A stretch of DNA of 64,000 bases from Pseudomonadota bacterium. GTDB taxonomy: Bacteria > Bdellovibrionota > Bdellovibrionia > Bdellovibrionales > Bdellovibrionaceae. This document shows positions 1-8,946 of the stretch, piece by piece (the first letter of the stretch is position 1; every line of letters starts with the position of its first letter). The stretch covers positions 219,643-283,642 of the forward strand of contig JBEGVH010000006.1 of the NCBI GenBank assembly GCA_041178425.1. The letters are read 5' to 3'. A model generated the notes under the pieces. That model did not search any database. It saw only the letters and a list, made by a program, of their open reading frames with translations, and was not told where the DNA came from. Position numbers and translations under genes: made by a program.

Positions 1-261
1 AGCGTTGTTGATAACAATATCAACTTTTCCTTCACACGCTTTTATAAGAGCATTTGCTGTTTCTTGTTTTGAAACATCTCCGGCCACTGTGATGATGGCA
101 TATTCTTTTAATTGTGATTTTAATTCAGACAAGCGAGACTCATTCCAATCACTAGCAATAATTTTGGCGCCTTCTTTGGCGAGTCGATGCACACAAGCTT
201 TGCCTATACCTGCGCCTGCACCAGTGACGATAACGGTTTTATTTTGAAATCTATTATCCAT
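1..261 (-). CDS. SDR family oxidoreductase (N-terminal part; runs off the window)
   Basis: Read manually on the minus strand: MDNRFQNKTVIVTGAGAGIGKA...DIVINNA, with TGxxxGIG and NNA motifs and an AAGGAG RBS. Not in the ORF track because it is truncated by the window edge. Confidence 0.9.
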   Translation of the reverse strand, partial: MDNRFQNKTVIVTGAGAGIGKACVHRLAKEGAKIIASDWNESRLSELKSQLKEYAIITVAGDVSKQETANALIKACEGKVDIVINNA

Positions 262-357
262 TAAAATCTCCTTGAAGATAAACACTTGGAGATCGTTGCA
301 TCTGATTTGTTGTGTGAATATGATAAAAATTAGTTTAAAAACATAGATAAATTAAAT

Positions 358-380
358 AAAAAGAGAGGATTGCTCCTCCC
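358..380 (-). terminator. Intrinsic terminator after small peptide gene copy 1
   Basis: Minus strand GGGAGGA-GCAA-TCCTCTC followed by TTTTT. Confidence 0.8.
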
Positions 381-387
381 TAAACCA

Positions 388-477
388 TTAGAGTAAATCC
401 CTTAACGATCTTAAAATCATTGCTAGTAATTTTAAAATCAGGATAATAGCCTCTAACAATTTTAGAACCTTGAACAT
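388..477 (-). CDS. 29-aa hydrophobic/amphipathic peptide, candidate type I toxin (copy 1, intact)
   Basis: ATG..TAA encodes MFKVLKLLEAIILILKLLAMILRSLRDLL; AGGAAGG upstream; own terminator; two paralogous copies in the window. Confidence 0.75.
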   Translation of the reverse strand: MFKVLKLLEAIILILKLLAMILRSLRDLL

Positions 478-524
478 CCTTGCCTTCCTGAAAGATTGAC
501 CTTCATTGGTCAGGAGCTCACGGT

Positions 525-552
525 TTGTATCTTTAAATGTTTATGGTAAAAT
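525..552 (+). promoter_or_regulatory. sigma70-like promoter for candidate antitoxin sRNA
   Basis: TTGTAT-N16-TAAAAT with an extended -10 TGn; overlapped by the palindrome GGTAAAA-TAT-TTTTACC (545-561). Confidence 0.55.
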
Positions 553-559
553 ATTTTTA

Positions 560-630
560 CCCTAAGCTACGGTTTGCTAGACCGTATATTTTAGAACCTT
601 GAAAACCCCTCATACTACGAGGGGTTTTTT
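560..630 (+). ncRNA. Candidate antisense sRNA (type I antitoxin)
   Basis: 5' hairpin 568-586; ATTTTAGAACCTTGAA (588-603) identical to 459-474 and so antisense to codons 2-6 of the peptide mRNA; terminator hairpin plus T6 (602-630). Confidence 0.55.
602..630. terminator. Intrinsic terminator, possibly bidirectional
   Basis: AAAACCCCTC-ATACTAC-GAGGGGTTTT followed by TT. Confidence 0.8.
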
Positions 631-697
631 ATTTGTCCTGATTTCAAAATGAATACGTACAATTTTTTTGAAATGAATTGATAAAAATCTGAAGATT

Positions 698-958
698 TTA
701 TTTTTTATCTTCTGAGTTACCCCAGCGCCACTTAAGTGGCTCTCCATAGCGATACATAATGTAAAAATTTGCAATGGTGATGGCAACGATATAACCATAC
801 CATATGTAAAGAACTGTTTTACTCATCGGGTGGATTAAAATAAGTGGAGCAACGATAGAAGTGGAATATCCCAGAGTAATAAGCCAGCCCTGCCAAGTAC
901 AGGGAGTCCAACCAATTCCATATTTTTTTCTTTTAAACCAAATGATTTTTTCACTCAT
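698..958 (-). CDS. Small membrane protein (2 TM)
   Basis: 86 aa; WFKRKKYGIGWTPCTWQGW motif followed by two hydrophobic segments. Confidence 0.75.
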   Translation of the reverse strand: MSEKIIWFKRKKYGIGWTPCTWQGWLITLGYSTSIVAPLILIHPMSKTVLYIWYGYIVAITIANFYIMYRYGEPLKWRWGNSEDKK

Positions 959-1042
959 AGTTTTATTATAAATCGAACTTGAACTTCCTGATTCATTTGT
1001 TAGACTTTTTTAATATTTAATTTGAATAAGAAGGTAGTAGCA

Positions 1043-1786
1043 ATGGCCAAAACAATTTTAATTCCAATTCCATCTAATGATTTTGATCCCACAGAATGTG
1101 CTGTTCCTTGGAAAATTCTTGTAGAGAATGGAGTTCAAGTTAAATTTGCAACTCCAAATGGTGAAGTTGCTCAATGTGATCAAAGAATGCTTCACGGGTA
1201 TGATCTTGGACCACTTTCTCCTGTACTCTCTGCTGACAAGAACGGCAAAATGGCATATTTTGAACTTGAAAAAAATCATGAATTTCAACATCCCCTTGCT
1301 TGGGAGAATATAGTACCAGAGCAATTCGATGGAATTATTCTTCCAGGAGGACACGCTCAGGGAATGAAAGAATATCTTGAATCTGAACAACTAAAAAAAT
1401 GCGTGAGTGTTTTTTTTCAATCCAATAAACCTGTGGGAGCCATTTGCCACGGAGTTGTCTTGGCCGCACGGAGTTCTATAAACGGAGTGAGTATTTTAAA
1501 GGGACGCAAAACAACGGCTCTTCTTTCGAGTCAAGAAATGCTGGCGTGGGGCTTAACCTGTTTGTGGTTGGGAAGTTATTATCGAACTTATTCTCAAACG
1601 GTAGAAGCTGAAGTGAAGTCTTGTTTAAATTCTCCAGATGATTTTTTGAAAGGACCGGTGCCCATCAAGAGAGATAACATGAATGATTTAGAAAGTGGTT
1701 TTACAGTTCGCGATGGAAATTATCTATCTGCTCGCTGGCCGGGTGATGCTCATCGATTCGGAATTGAGTTTTTAAAAATGCTTTAA
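1043..1786 (+). CDS. DJ-1/PfpI family protein
   Basis: FDPTE, LPGGH and GAICHG (nucleophile Cys) motifs; start moved to ATG 1043. Confidence 0.9.
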   Translation: MAKTILIPIPSNDFDPTECAVPWKILVENGVQVKFATPNGEVAQCDQRMLHGYDLGPLSPVLSADKNGKMAYFELEKNHEFQHPLAWENIVPEQFDGIILPGGHAQGMKEYLESEQLKKCVSVFFQSNKPVGAICHGVVLAARSSINGVSILKGRKTTALLSSQEMLAWGLTCLWLGSYYRTYSQTVEAEVKSCLNSPDDFLKGPVPIKRDNMNDLESGFTVRDGNYLSARWPGDAHRFGIEFLKML

Positions 1787-1870
1787 AAATAATCTTTAAA
1801 TAATTTCAAAATTATTGCTGGTAATTTAAAGATTAGGATAAATCCATGGAATTATCTTAAGAAAATTCAT
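1783..1870 (-). pseudogene. Frameshifted small peptide gene (copy 3)
   Basis: MNFLKII then, after one extra base, HGFILIFKLPAIILKLFKDYF*; aligns with copy 1; lacks the conserved leader and terminator. Confidence 0.55.
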
Positions 1871-2350
1871 TTAAAAACTCACACTGCAAGTTTCTCGAAT
1901 TAAAAATCGTTTGTAAATATCACATGAGTATATGCTGATCACAGTAAGTTCATTTTTATTAATTTCAACTAATTCTTTAAATGAACTTAAAATATGCCCT
2001 CCACATTGACGGTCGTCACTCCCTGTTCCATCAGTCTTGTAAGTAATCATACCATTTTCAACATAGCGATCTTCGTCTTGAAAAAATGAAACAACATAAG
2101 GGTTGGATTCTCTATATTGGGGAAATCTATTATCGTTATTTCCATCTACTTCGATAATAAATGCACTACCCATATTATCGGCAACAATTCTGCAATGACC
2201 TTGCTTAACGATTTGGTTGTTCTGAGTTACTTTAAACTCACCAGGACGATTTAAAAGTCTAATTATTTCTGTTGGGAGATTGAAATTATTTGCAAGAGTA
2301 TCTCTAGGTATCATATAGATCGACAGGAGCGATAAAAGTAATAGTTTCAT
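1871..2350 (-). CDS. Secreted hypothetical protein
   Basis: 159-aa ORF with N-terminal signal peptide and 4 Cys. Confidence 0.7.
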   Translation of the reverse strand: MKLLLLSLLSIYMIPRDTLANNFNLPTEIIRLLNRPGEFKVTQNNQIVKQGHCRIVADNMGSAFIIEVDGNNDNRFPQYRESNPYVVSFFQDEDRYVENGMITYKTDGTGSDDRQCGGHILSSFKELVEINKNELTVISIYSCDIYKRFLIRETCSVSF

Positions 2351-2497
2351 CTTAAATCCTTTTAAAAATATTTTTTAAAAGATAACATTAAATTTAAGTG
2401 GTTTATCTATTTAATTACTTATAGGGTAAAGATTACACTTTATTGCTTTGATACCCTTCATTTTATGAAATTTTTCTGAAATGAAATCTGCAAGCGA

Positions 2498-3559
2498 TTA
2501 CTCACACTGCTCAGGATTTTTAAAAGCTGCGCGAATTTGTTTGCTGGTTTTTAGTGATAATGAATCGACTGTCCAATCTTCGTAATCATGTTGATAAAGC
2601 TTTTCGTAAATGAAAGCTAAAGTTCCCACGCGAATTCTGTTTCCAATAATTCCTTGAGTGAGGTATCCCCAAAAATGATACTGAAGCCCCGGGATATCAT
2701 CTCCGTCGACAAGCTTTTCCATTTTATAAGAAACGACTGATGAAGTTGTGCGATTGACAGTTAGAGCGTCCCCGCTGAAAATCCAAGGGATGACTCCCAG
2801 GGCGACAATGGGATCACCATAAATCTCAAGTGCCTTGTGAAAAAGTTTTTCAGGTGTAACTGAAAAATTTTCTTGTTGTAATAACCACAAAAATAGTGGA
2901 GAAGAAAAATGATTATACTTTTGCGACTCATAAATAAATTGATTGAACATTTTATGATCAGGATTTCCAACTCCAAGTTTAAAAAGATTCTTCTCTTTTA
3001 CTCCCTCTTTTTTCTGCATAATGGGAAGACCGTTGCTATCGAGAGAAGGAAAAGAATAGTTAGCAACAGCAGGCATATGCTCTTCGATTTGTTCAATTAG
3101 GTTAGCTTCATTTCTTAATTGAAATTTAGGCTCTTCGCCATTGAGATACGAAATGTGGCGCATTCTTGCGAGGTGGATAAAAGATGAAAGATAATTCTCT
3201 GTAGGATCTTTCAGCTCTCTTTTGGGATTGCCATAAAGAATAAAGGCATTTTGCAAATAGTATTCAGAGCGATCCATTGGAAAGCCGGGTAGACCTGTGA
3301 TTTTTTCAATAGGTTTCGGCAGCGACAATCCAGCGGGGATTGGATAGGCATCAACCCAAGGATCAATATCTTTTCTTAGAATATCTAAAATCTCGACTCT
3401 AATTTTGTGAAGTGATTTATCAGGATATGTTTTTTTAATTGATTGTGAAACCTGGCAAGCAAACTTATCCATGCGCTCTTTTGTGAAATAAATATCAAGC
3501 GCAAAAGAAGAATGACTTGCGAGGGCAGTTAATATTAAAATGATTGTTTTTTTCAACAT
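2498..3559 (-). CDS. Secreted hypothetical protein
   Basis: 353-aa ORF, signal peptide ending SFA; YHFWG motif near the C-terminus. Confidence 0.75.
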   Translation of the reverse strand: MLKKTIILILTALASHSSFALDIYFTKERMDKFACQVSQSIKKTYPDKSLHKIRVEILDILRKDIDPWVDAYPIPAGLSLPKPIEKITGLPGFPMDRSEYYLQNAFILYGNPKRELKDPTENYLSSFIHLARMRHISYLNGEEPKFQLRNEANLIEQIEEHMPAVANYSFPSLDSNGLPIMQKKEGVKEKNLFKLGVGNPDHKMFNQFIYESQKYNHFSSPLFLWLLQQENFSVTPEKLFHKALEIYGDPIVALGVIPWIFSGDALTVNRTTSSVVSYKMEKLVDGDDIPGLQYHFWGYLTQGIIGNRIRVGTLAFIYEKLYQHDYEDWTVDSLSLKTSKQIRAAFKNPEQCE

Positions 3560-3653
3560 GGGAAAAGAATAGCAAGATTTACAATAGTCGAAGCACGGAT
3601 TGAAAAAGCTTCATAGGTGAAAAAAATATGTCTAACGTTTTGACAGTTAAAAT

Positions 3654-3676
3654 AAAAAGGGAGGATTTCTCCTCCC
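3654..3676 (-). terminator. Intrinsic terminator after peptide gene copy 2
   Basis: Minus strand GGGAGGA-GAAA-TCCTCCC-TTTTT; homologous to 358-380. Confidence 0.8.
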
Positions 3677-3683
3677 CCAAATC

Positions 3684-3773
3684 TTAAAGATACTTCCTTA
3701 ACGACTCTAAAATTATTGTTAGTAATTTTAGAATCAGGATTAGTAGCTTTAATGATTTTAAAACCTTGAGAAT
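3684..3773 (-). pseudogene. Small peptide gene copy 2 (ATT at the start position; possibly inactivated or weakly translated)
   Basis: (I)LKVLKSLKLLILILKLLTIILESLRKYL*, same 90-nt length as copy 1; GGAGG RBS; conserved leader. Confidence 0.65.
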
Positions 3774-3818
3774 CCTTGCCTCCAAAAGATCGCCTTCATT
3801 GGCGCGGAAGCTCTCGGC

Positions 3819-4319
3819 TTGAAAAAATATCCCTCAATAGAATTCAGCATTGATCTAAATCCAGCTAAAATTGATCTAAAATCAGAAGGGATTGATATTG
3901 CCATTAGACCTGGAATTCAAAAAGATTCTGGTCTATTTATTCGGAAATTAGATGAAATTCAACCCGCGCTTTTTGCCTCATTAGAATATATAAAAAAAAA
4001 TGGTCGGCCTAAAAATTATGAAGATTTGAAAAAACATAAATTAATTTCAACCAAGATAATAAATCTCGATGGCGAATCTTATAAGCCTGCCATTCTTGCT
4101 AATAGTATGTCTTTTGTAAAACAAGTCACCCTTGAGAGTGCAGCCATAGGATGCTTGGCCGAAGAATTTATTATGAATGAAAAAAAATCAGGTAAACTTG
4201 TTCGCTTATTTCCAGAAAAAAATTTACCTAAATCTCCCATCTATTTGGTTTTTACCAATAAAAAATTAGCCAAGCGGGTTTCTTTACTGGTTCAAGAAAT
4301 AATTGAATTTAAGGAATAA
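3819..4319 (+). pseudogene. LysR-type regulator, substrate-binding domain only (5'-truncated)
   Basis: KKYPSIEF...IDLKSEGIDIAIR and GKLVRLFPE are CrgA-like effector-domain motifs; no HTH and no RBS; begins where copy-2 leader homology ends. Confidence 0.75.
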
Positions 4320-4553
4320 GCAATTCAAATGGTTTTTGGCTTTCCCAAAGCCCCCCCGAAAGCCGGTCGCAAAAGGCCTCCAGAGGGAGCGTTTAGCCTC
4401 TGGATCCAGTTTTTTTGTGGGGCAAATATTATGTTGAGGTGGCGGAAGGGCTAATCACCAGGAAAACAACCGATTTTGACACTTTTTGACAATAGGTGGC
4501 TAAAAACTGGCTTCACCAATCTTCGGGCCGCATTACCCGCCAGCAAAGTGGGC

Positions 4554-4713
4554 TCGAAGCGTGGGGAGGGAAATTCCTGAGGAGGGAGCAACTGAGGGCT
4601 CCGGCGAACGTGATGTGTTGGTCAGCCCCGAAGGGGCCTGACCACGCCGGCGTAGGCCATGGAATGGCCGCACCGAAGTGCTACCTCCTCAGGAATTTCC
4701 TCCCACCCTTCGA
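4554..4713. repeat. Structured intergenic element, copy A (87-nt core 4592-4678 inside a ~37-bp imperfect inverted repeat)
   Basis: Core near-identical to 34639-34725; arms TCGAAGCGTGGGGAGGGAAATTCCTGAGGAGG.. / ..CCTCCTCAGGAATTTCCTCCCACCCTTCGA. Confidence 0.85.
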
Positions 4714-4780
4714 TTTCACGAAGGACCCCACAGAGGATGGATAGGAATTGACACCGGTCAAAAAGTAGCGAAAGTCGTCT

Positions 4781-5626
4781 GTGATGAACAATACTGATTT
4801 TCGCATCGGCATACTTAGCTTCAATCACCCAGAAATCACTGAGCGCGCCATTCAGTCGTGCTTGGATGCCGTTCCATCGGCCCCTATCACCTTATTGCAC
4901 AATGGGAGTGAGCCGCGCTGGATTGAACGACTCCAAAAAAATTTTCCTGCTATTGATCATGTTATTTTAAGTGAAAACGGAGGCTTCACAGGTGGCGCCA
5001 ACGCACTCATTGAACGCGTTATCTCTCAATCGGAGTGGTGTTTATTTTTAACTAACGACGTTCAACTATTAAAAGCACAGATACCCGATCGCATTGGCTT
5101 AGTGGCTCCCCTTATTCATCGCAGAAAAAAAGGGCTTATTGATTCCATGGGTGCTCTCTTCTTTCCACACTCAGGCCATTTAGAACATTGCCGAAGCCAC
5201 GAACGTTTTATTTATCTTCCACAAAAGGCTCTACGCTATGTGCCTGGCACGGCCTTTTGGATTCATCGTGAGGTCTATCAAAAAGTTGGCGGCTTTGATG
5301 TTAGTCTCGACACTTACTGGGAAGACGTTGATTACTCTCAAAAAATTCAGCAACAGGAACAAGCCCTTTATTATTGTGAAAAAACTGAACTTCTTCACAG
5401 CGTGGGAAAAACCTGTCATAAAATCAAAAAATACACAGCTTATCTTTTTGTTAGAAACAAGTATTATGTTTCATTGAGGTATTTAAAAAAACCATTTGAT
5501 CGAGGTCTATTTCGGTTTTGGTTTTGGATGAGGTGGCTGACTGAGACCCTAAATGTAGCCTTTCGTGGAAACAAAGAGGTCTTAGCCATTAAGCTTCAGA
5601 TCGCTAAAGACCTCTTGTTAAAATAA
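4781..5626 (+). CDS. Glycosyltransferase family 2
   Basis: NGS, ENGGFTGGAN, LTND and GGFD...YWEDVD motifs. Confidence 0.85.
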   Translation: MMNNTDFRIGILSFNHPEITERAIQSCLDAVPSAPITLLHNGSEPRWIERLQKNFPAIDHVILSENGGFTGGANALIERVISQSEWCLFLTNDVQLLKAQIPDRIGLVAPLIHRRKKGLIDSMGALFFPHSGHLEHCRSHERFIYLPQKALRYVPGTAFWIHREVYQKVGGFDVSLDTYWEDVDYSQKIQQQEQALYYCEKTELLHSVGKTCHKIKKYTAYLFVRNKYYVSLRYLKKPFDRGLFRFWFWMRWLTETLNVAFRGNKEVLAIKLQIAKDLLLK

Positions 5627-5645
5627 GATCGAACGCAACAGTCTT

Positions 5646-6209
5646 TTATTCTATGACATATTGAAAATTAACATTCACAACTTGGCCTCCAGAGGCCCCT
5701 TCAAAAGGCTTTCCTCCCATTTTATCGTAGGACAACTCCAATCCCAATTCACTCGTTAGGAGAACATTAAAACCCAGGCTTAGTTGAATATCGGTTCCTC
5801 TTACTTTGTAGCTATTAACACTGCAACTGGCCCCAGAAACCCCTTCGCAGCTCTTAGAGGCATTCACACTTATCACCGGACCACCAAAAACCAAAACACG
5901 CTCGCCAAGATGCAATCCAGCTGTTAGCGGCACGTTGATATTAGAAATTTTTAGATTTACTTCGCTGTTACCCGAACCAATATTCAATGAGTTTTGAGCC
6001 AGAAGAGCCCCAAGTCGTACATCCACTGAATCAGTCATGGGTTGATAAAATAGAGCACCGAACTGAAGACTTTGATCGTTATTGATATCTACACCCGTAC
6101 TGCTATCGATATGCACCTGAGACACTCCAAGCGTCAATCCTACCCGCTGTGCAAAGGCTGAAGTGCTAAAGCCAACTAAAAGAGAGAAAATAAAAAGACT
6201 GTTTTTCAT
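5646..6209 (-). CDS. Outer membrane beta-barrel (porin-like) protein
   Basis: Signal peptide ending AFA; alternating beta-strand pattern; aromatic residues near the C-terminus. Confidence 0.75.
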   Translation of the reverse strand: MKNSLFIFSLLVGFSTSAFAQRVGLTLGVSQVHIDSSTGVDINNDQSLQFGALFYQPMTDSVDVRLGALLAQNSLNIGSGNSEVNLKISNINVPLTAGLHLGERVLVFGGPVISVNASKSCEGVSGASCSVNSYKVRGTDIQLSLGFNVLLTSELGLELSYDKMGGKPFEGASGGQVVNVNFQYVIE

Positions 6210-6274
6210 AGGAACACTCCTCCTACGAAAAGCATCCTGATTTTCCATGGGATTGTCTAGTAAACTTATTTTAC

Positions 6275-7024
6275 TTACACTGCATTATCGAGCAGTGCGA
6301 ATTCTTCGAGTAATTGGAGAATAATATGGTGAACCCTTCGCCTTTGAACATCAACACCCTGATCGGCGGTAAAAAACAAATCAGTAATACCCTTTAACTC
6401 AAGGCGATCGCGTCGATGTTTTTCAAGCGACTCCCCTTTTTTTACAATTTTTATAAATCGATTATTTTTCTTAAAGTGCAGATAAATATCTTGTTCTGCC
6501 ACCTCATCGGGGGAAATGGTTTCAACAGAACGACTCGCAAAACGATCATCGTCGGCCATCTTTTCTAAGCGAAAGTAGCCGTAAAAAGCACAGCCGTGAG
6601 ATGTTTCCTGCATGAAACAATAATTGCTCATTTTTACTAAAAAATTTAACTCAAGATGAGTGGGATCATTCATCTGAAAGTTTTCGATAAAATATAGTTT
6701 GGCTCCTGAAGATTTGATCACATTTTGCAGCTGCTTTAGTAGCGGTTCAAAAATCGGCTTAAGATTATTTTTTGGAAAATCAGAACCAACCAAAATCAAG
6801 CTGGAAAAGTTTTGGGTTTCAATTACGATACCTGTAATATTATAAATCTCGTGCGTATCTTCGAAAGAAACGTGCTCACCCGCTTCAAAACGCTCAGTGC
6901 AGACCATCTGTAAGGCAAGCAAAGAAACGTCGTCGCGCATCTGAGTTTGTCGACCTTGACTCGAACTACCTTTGCCTCTGACGTAGATTTTCTCTGAGTA
7001 ACCTTTTTTGGATTTTCCCGTCAT
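6275..7024 (-). CDS. Hypothetical protein
   Basis: 249-aa ORF with no recognisable catalytic motif. Confidence 0.7.
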   Translation of the reverse strand: MTGKSKKGYSEKIYVRGKGSSSQGRQTQMRDDVSLLALQMVCTERFEAGEHVSFEDTHEIYNITGIVIETQNFSSLILVGSDFPKNNLKPIFEPLLKQLQNVIKSSGAKLYFIENFQMNDPTHLELNFLVKMSNYCFMQETSHGCAFYGYFRLEKMADDDRFASRSVETISPDEVAEQDIYLHFKKNNRFIKIVKKGESLEKHRRDRLELKGITDLFFTADQGVDVQRRRVHHIILQLLEEFALLDNAV

Positions 7025-7138
7025 ACCCTAATAACACTAGGATTTACAGAATTCTTCAACCAATTACCCCTCAGAGGGCCATCAAAAACCCACCAAGGTC
7101 TAGATGGCGAGAAAGTCTTGTATCGAAAAAGGGCGGAC

Positions 7139-8293
7139 TTAGCCCTTAACCGAAATTTTAGATGCGGCTTTGATGGCCAAGCTCTTCGCTTTCTCAACGG
7201 TTGAGCTTCTTGATAAAACCACAGCCATTCGTCGAAATGGCCTCATCGTTGGCTTACCAAAAATGCGCACATCGACATCTTTTAATTCGAGCGCTTTGTC
7301 GACTCCAGAGAATTTTGGTTGTTTCTCTGACTCTTTGGTTGCAAGAACAACAGCCGATGCACTAGGGCCGTAATACTTTATGTCTGTGATCGGCAATCCT
7401 AAAACCGCACGAGCATGAAGATCAAATTCAGATAGGTTTTGCGAGATCAAAGTCACCATTCCCGTATCGTGAGGACGCGGTGATAACTCAGAGAAATAAA
7501 CATCATTTTTTGTAATAAAAAATTCGACACCAAATATTCCCGCTCCGCCAAGACGATCGGTCATTTTTTTTGCCATTTTTTGAGCCTTTTTTAATAACTC
7601 AGGCTTTATTTTTGCTGGCATCCAAGACTCGCGATAATCACCTCGTTCTTGCCGATGACCAATCGGGGCAACAAACAGGGTTTTCCCTTTTCGTTGCTTC
7701 ACCGTTAGTAAAGTGATCTCGAATTCAAAGGGAATAAACTCTTCAACGATTACTTTTTTCTTATCTCCGCGCATCCCTTCACAAGCATAATTCCAGGCCG
7801 TTTTTATTTGCTTTGACGATTTGATGATCGATTGCCCTTTGCCCGAGGATGACATGACCGGTTTAATCACACAAGGGTAACCAATCTTGTCTGCGGCAGC
7901 GATCAACTCGACTTCACTCTGAGCATAAGCGTAGTTTGCCGTCTTGAGTTTAAGTTCATGACTAGCTACATCACGAATAGCATCCCGATTCATTGTAAGA
8001 TGGGCCGCTTCTGCTGTTGGAATAATGGTGAAGCCTTTGTTTTCAAGCTCCAGGAGTTTCTCTGTGCGAATCGCCTCAATCTCAGGAACAATCAAATCAG
8101 GTTTATGCTTTTTTACTAATCGATCAATTTCGTCCCCATCAAGCATGTCGATTACTTCATAGGTATCCGCCACCTGCATGGCAGGAGCCCCTTCGTATCG
8201 ATCAACGGCGATGACATATTGGCCTAATCTTTTTGCTGAAATCACAAATTCTTTTCCTAATTCACCTGAGCCCAAAAGCATAATTTTTTTCAT
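7139..8293 (-). CDS. purT: Formate-dependent phosphoribosylglycinamide formyltransferase
   Basis: [23 protein letters not shown] and [11 protein letters not shown] signatures. Confidence 0.97.
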   Translation of the reverse strand: MKKIMLLGSGELGKEFVISAKRLGQYVIAVDRYEGAPAMQVADTYEVIDMLDGDEIDRLVKKHKPDLIVPEIEAIRTEKLLELENKGFTIIPTAEAAHLTMNRDAIRDVASHELKLKTANYAYAQSEVELIAAADKIGYPCVIKPVMSSSGKGQSIIKSSKQIKTAWNYACEGMRGDKKKVIVEEFIPFEFEITLLTVKQRKGKTLFVAPIGHRQERGDYRESWMPAKIKPELLKKAQKMAKKMTDRLGGAGIFGVEFFITKNDVYFSELSPRPHDTGMVTLISQNLSEFDLHARAVLGLPITDIKYYGPSASAVVLATKESEKQPKFSGVDKALELKDVDVRIFGKPTMRPFRRMAVVLSRSSTVEKAKSLAIKAASKISVKG

Positions 8294-8946
8294 AAACTTT
8301 CTCCTGTCATTAAGATCGCACGAACGGGGGAGGCTTCTGCCCCTTCGAGCTTCAAGGGGAGCGCAATAAGCTGGTACCGACCTGACGGAACTCTTTCTAA
8401 AGTTAATCCCTCAAGAATGGCGATTCGATTTTTATAGAAGGTCTGGTGGGCGTCGAGCGTTTTACTGTTGGAATGATCCATCGACGGGGTATCAATTCCG
8501 ATCAATACAACACCCTTTTGTGAAAGCCAATCGATTGTTTCAACACTCAAGTGAGTGAATTCGTCTTGCCAGACACTCAGATCGCGAAGAGAGTGGCTTT
8601 TAAATAAAATGCGAGGTGCTGAAATGGTCACACCAGAAAGATCAGAAGGATTTACAGCTCCACGGCAATGAGTCACATCAATCACTTGGCAGTCGCCAAG
8701 ATAGGTTTCGAGTGAGCATTGATCAATACTCACTCCGTCTTGATGGTAGTGCGATGGAGCATCAGCATGAGCTCCAATATGAAGAGTTGTTTGAATTGAG
8801 CTAAGACTAAGATGGTTCCCATTTTTAAAATCTAGTGAAATTCTTTTTTCGAAAGGAACATCACCAGGAAAAACTGCCAGCCTATTATTAATCGGAGGAG
8901 AAATATCAAAAATCTGCCGCCTGAACTTTGGAGATTGTATCGTCAA
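8290..8946 (-). CDS. kynB: Kynurenine formamidase (arylformamidase, cyclase family)
   Basis: [24 protein letters not shown] and ASPVRA motifs; TDO nearby. Confidence 0.85.
   Translation of the reverse strand: MTIQSPKFRRQIFDISPPINNRLAVFPGDVPFEKRISLDFKNGNHLSLSSIQTTLHIGAHADAPSHYHQDGVSIDQCSLETYLGDCQVIDVTHCRGAVNPSDLSGVTISAPRILFKSHSLRDLSVWQDEFTHLSVETIDWLSQKGVVLIGIDTPSMDHSNSKTLDAHQTFYKNRIAILEGLTLERVPSGRYQLIALPLKLEGAEASPVRAILMTGESL

Noticed and set aside
5..247. Plus-strand 80-aa ORF
   Set aside because: Antisense shadow of the minus-strand SDR gene (1-261).
4410..4440. TTATGTTGA resembling the XerD arm of a dif site
   Set aside because: Only a partial match and no recognisable XerC arm.
4592..4678. 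CTGAG...CGAAG core as a hammerhead ribozyme, tRNA, SRP RNA or CRISPR repeat
   Set aside because: Lacks the CUGAnGA/GAAA core, cloverleaf and SRP loop motifs; only two dispersed copies and no spacers.
4496..4828. ORFs 4496-4744 (+) and 4622-4828 (-), and similar short ORFs at 34590-35187
   Set aside because: They run through the GC-rich structured repeat or lie antisense to real genes; no protein-like motifs.
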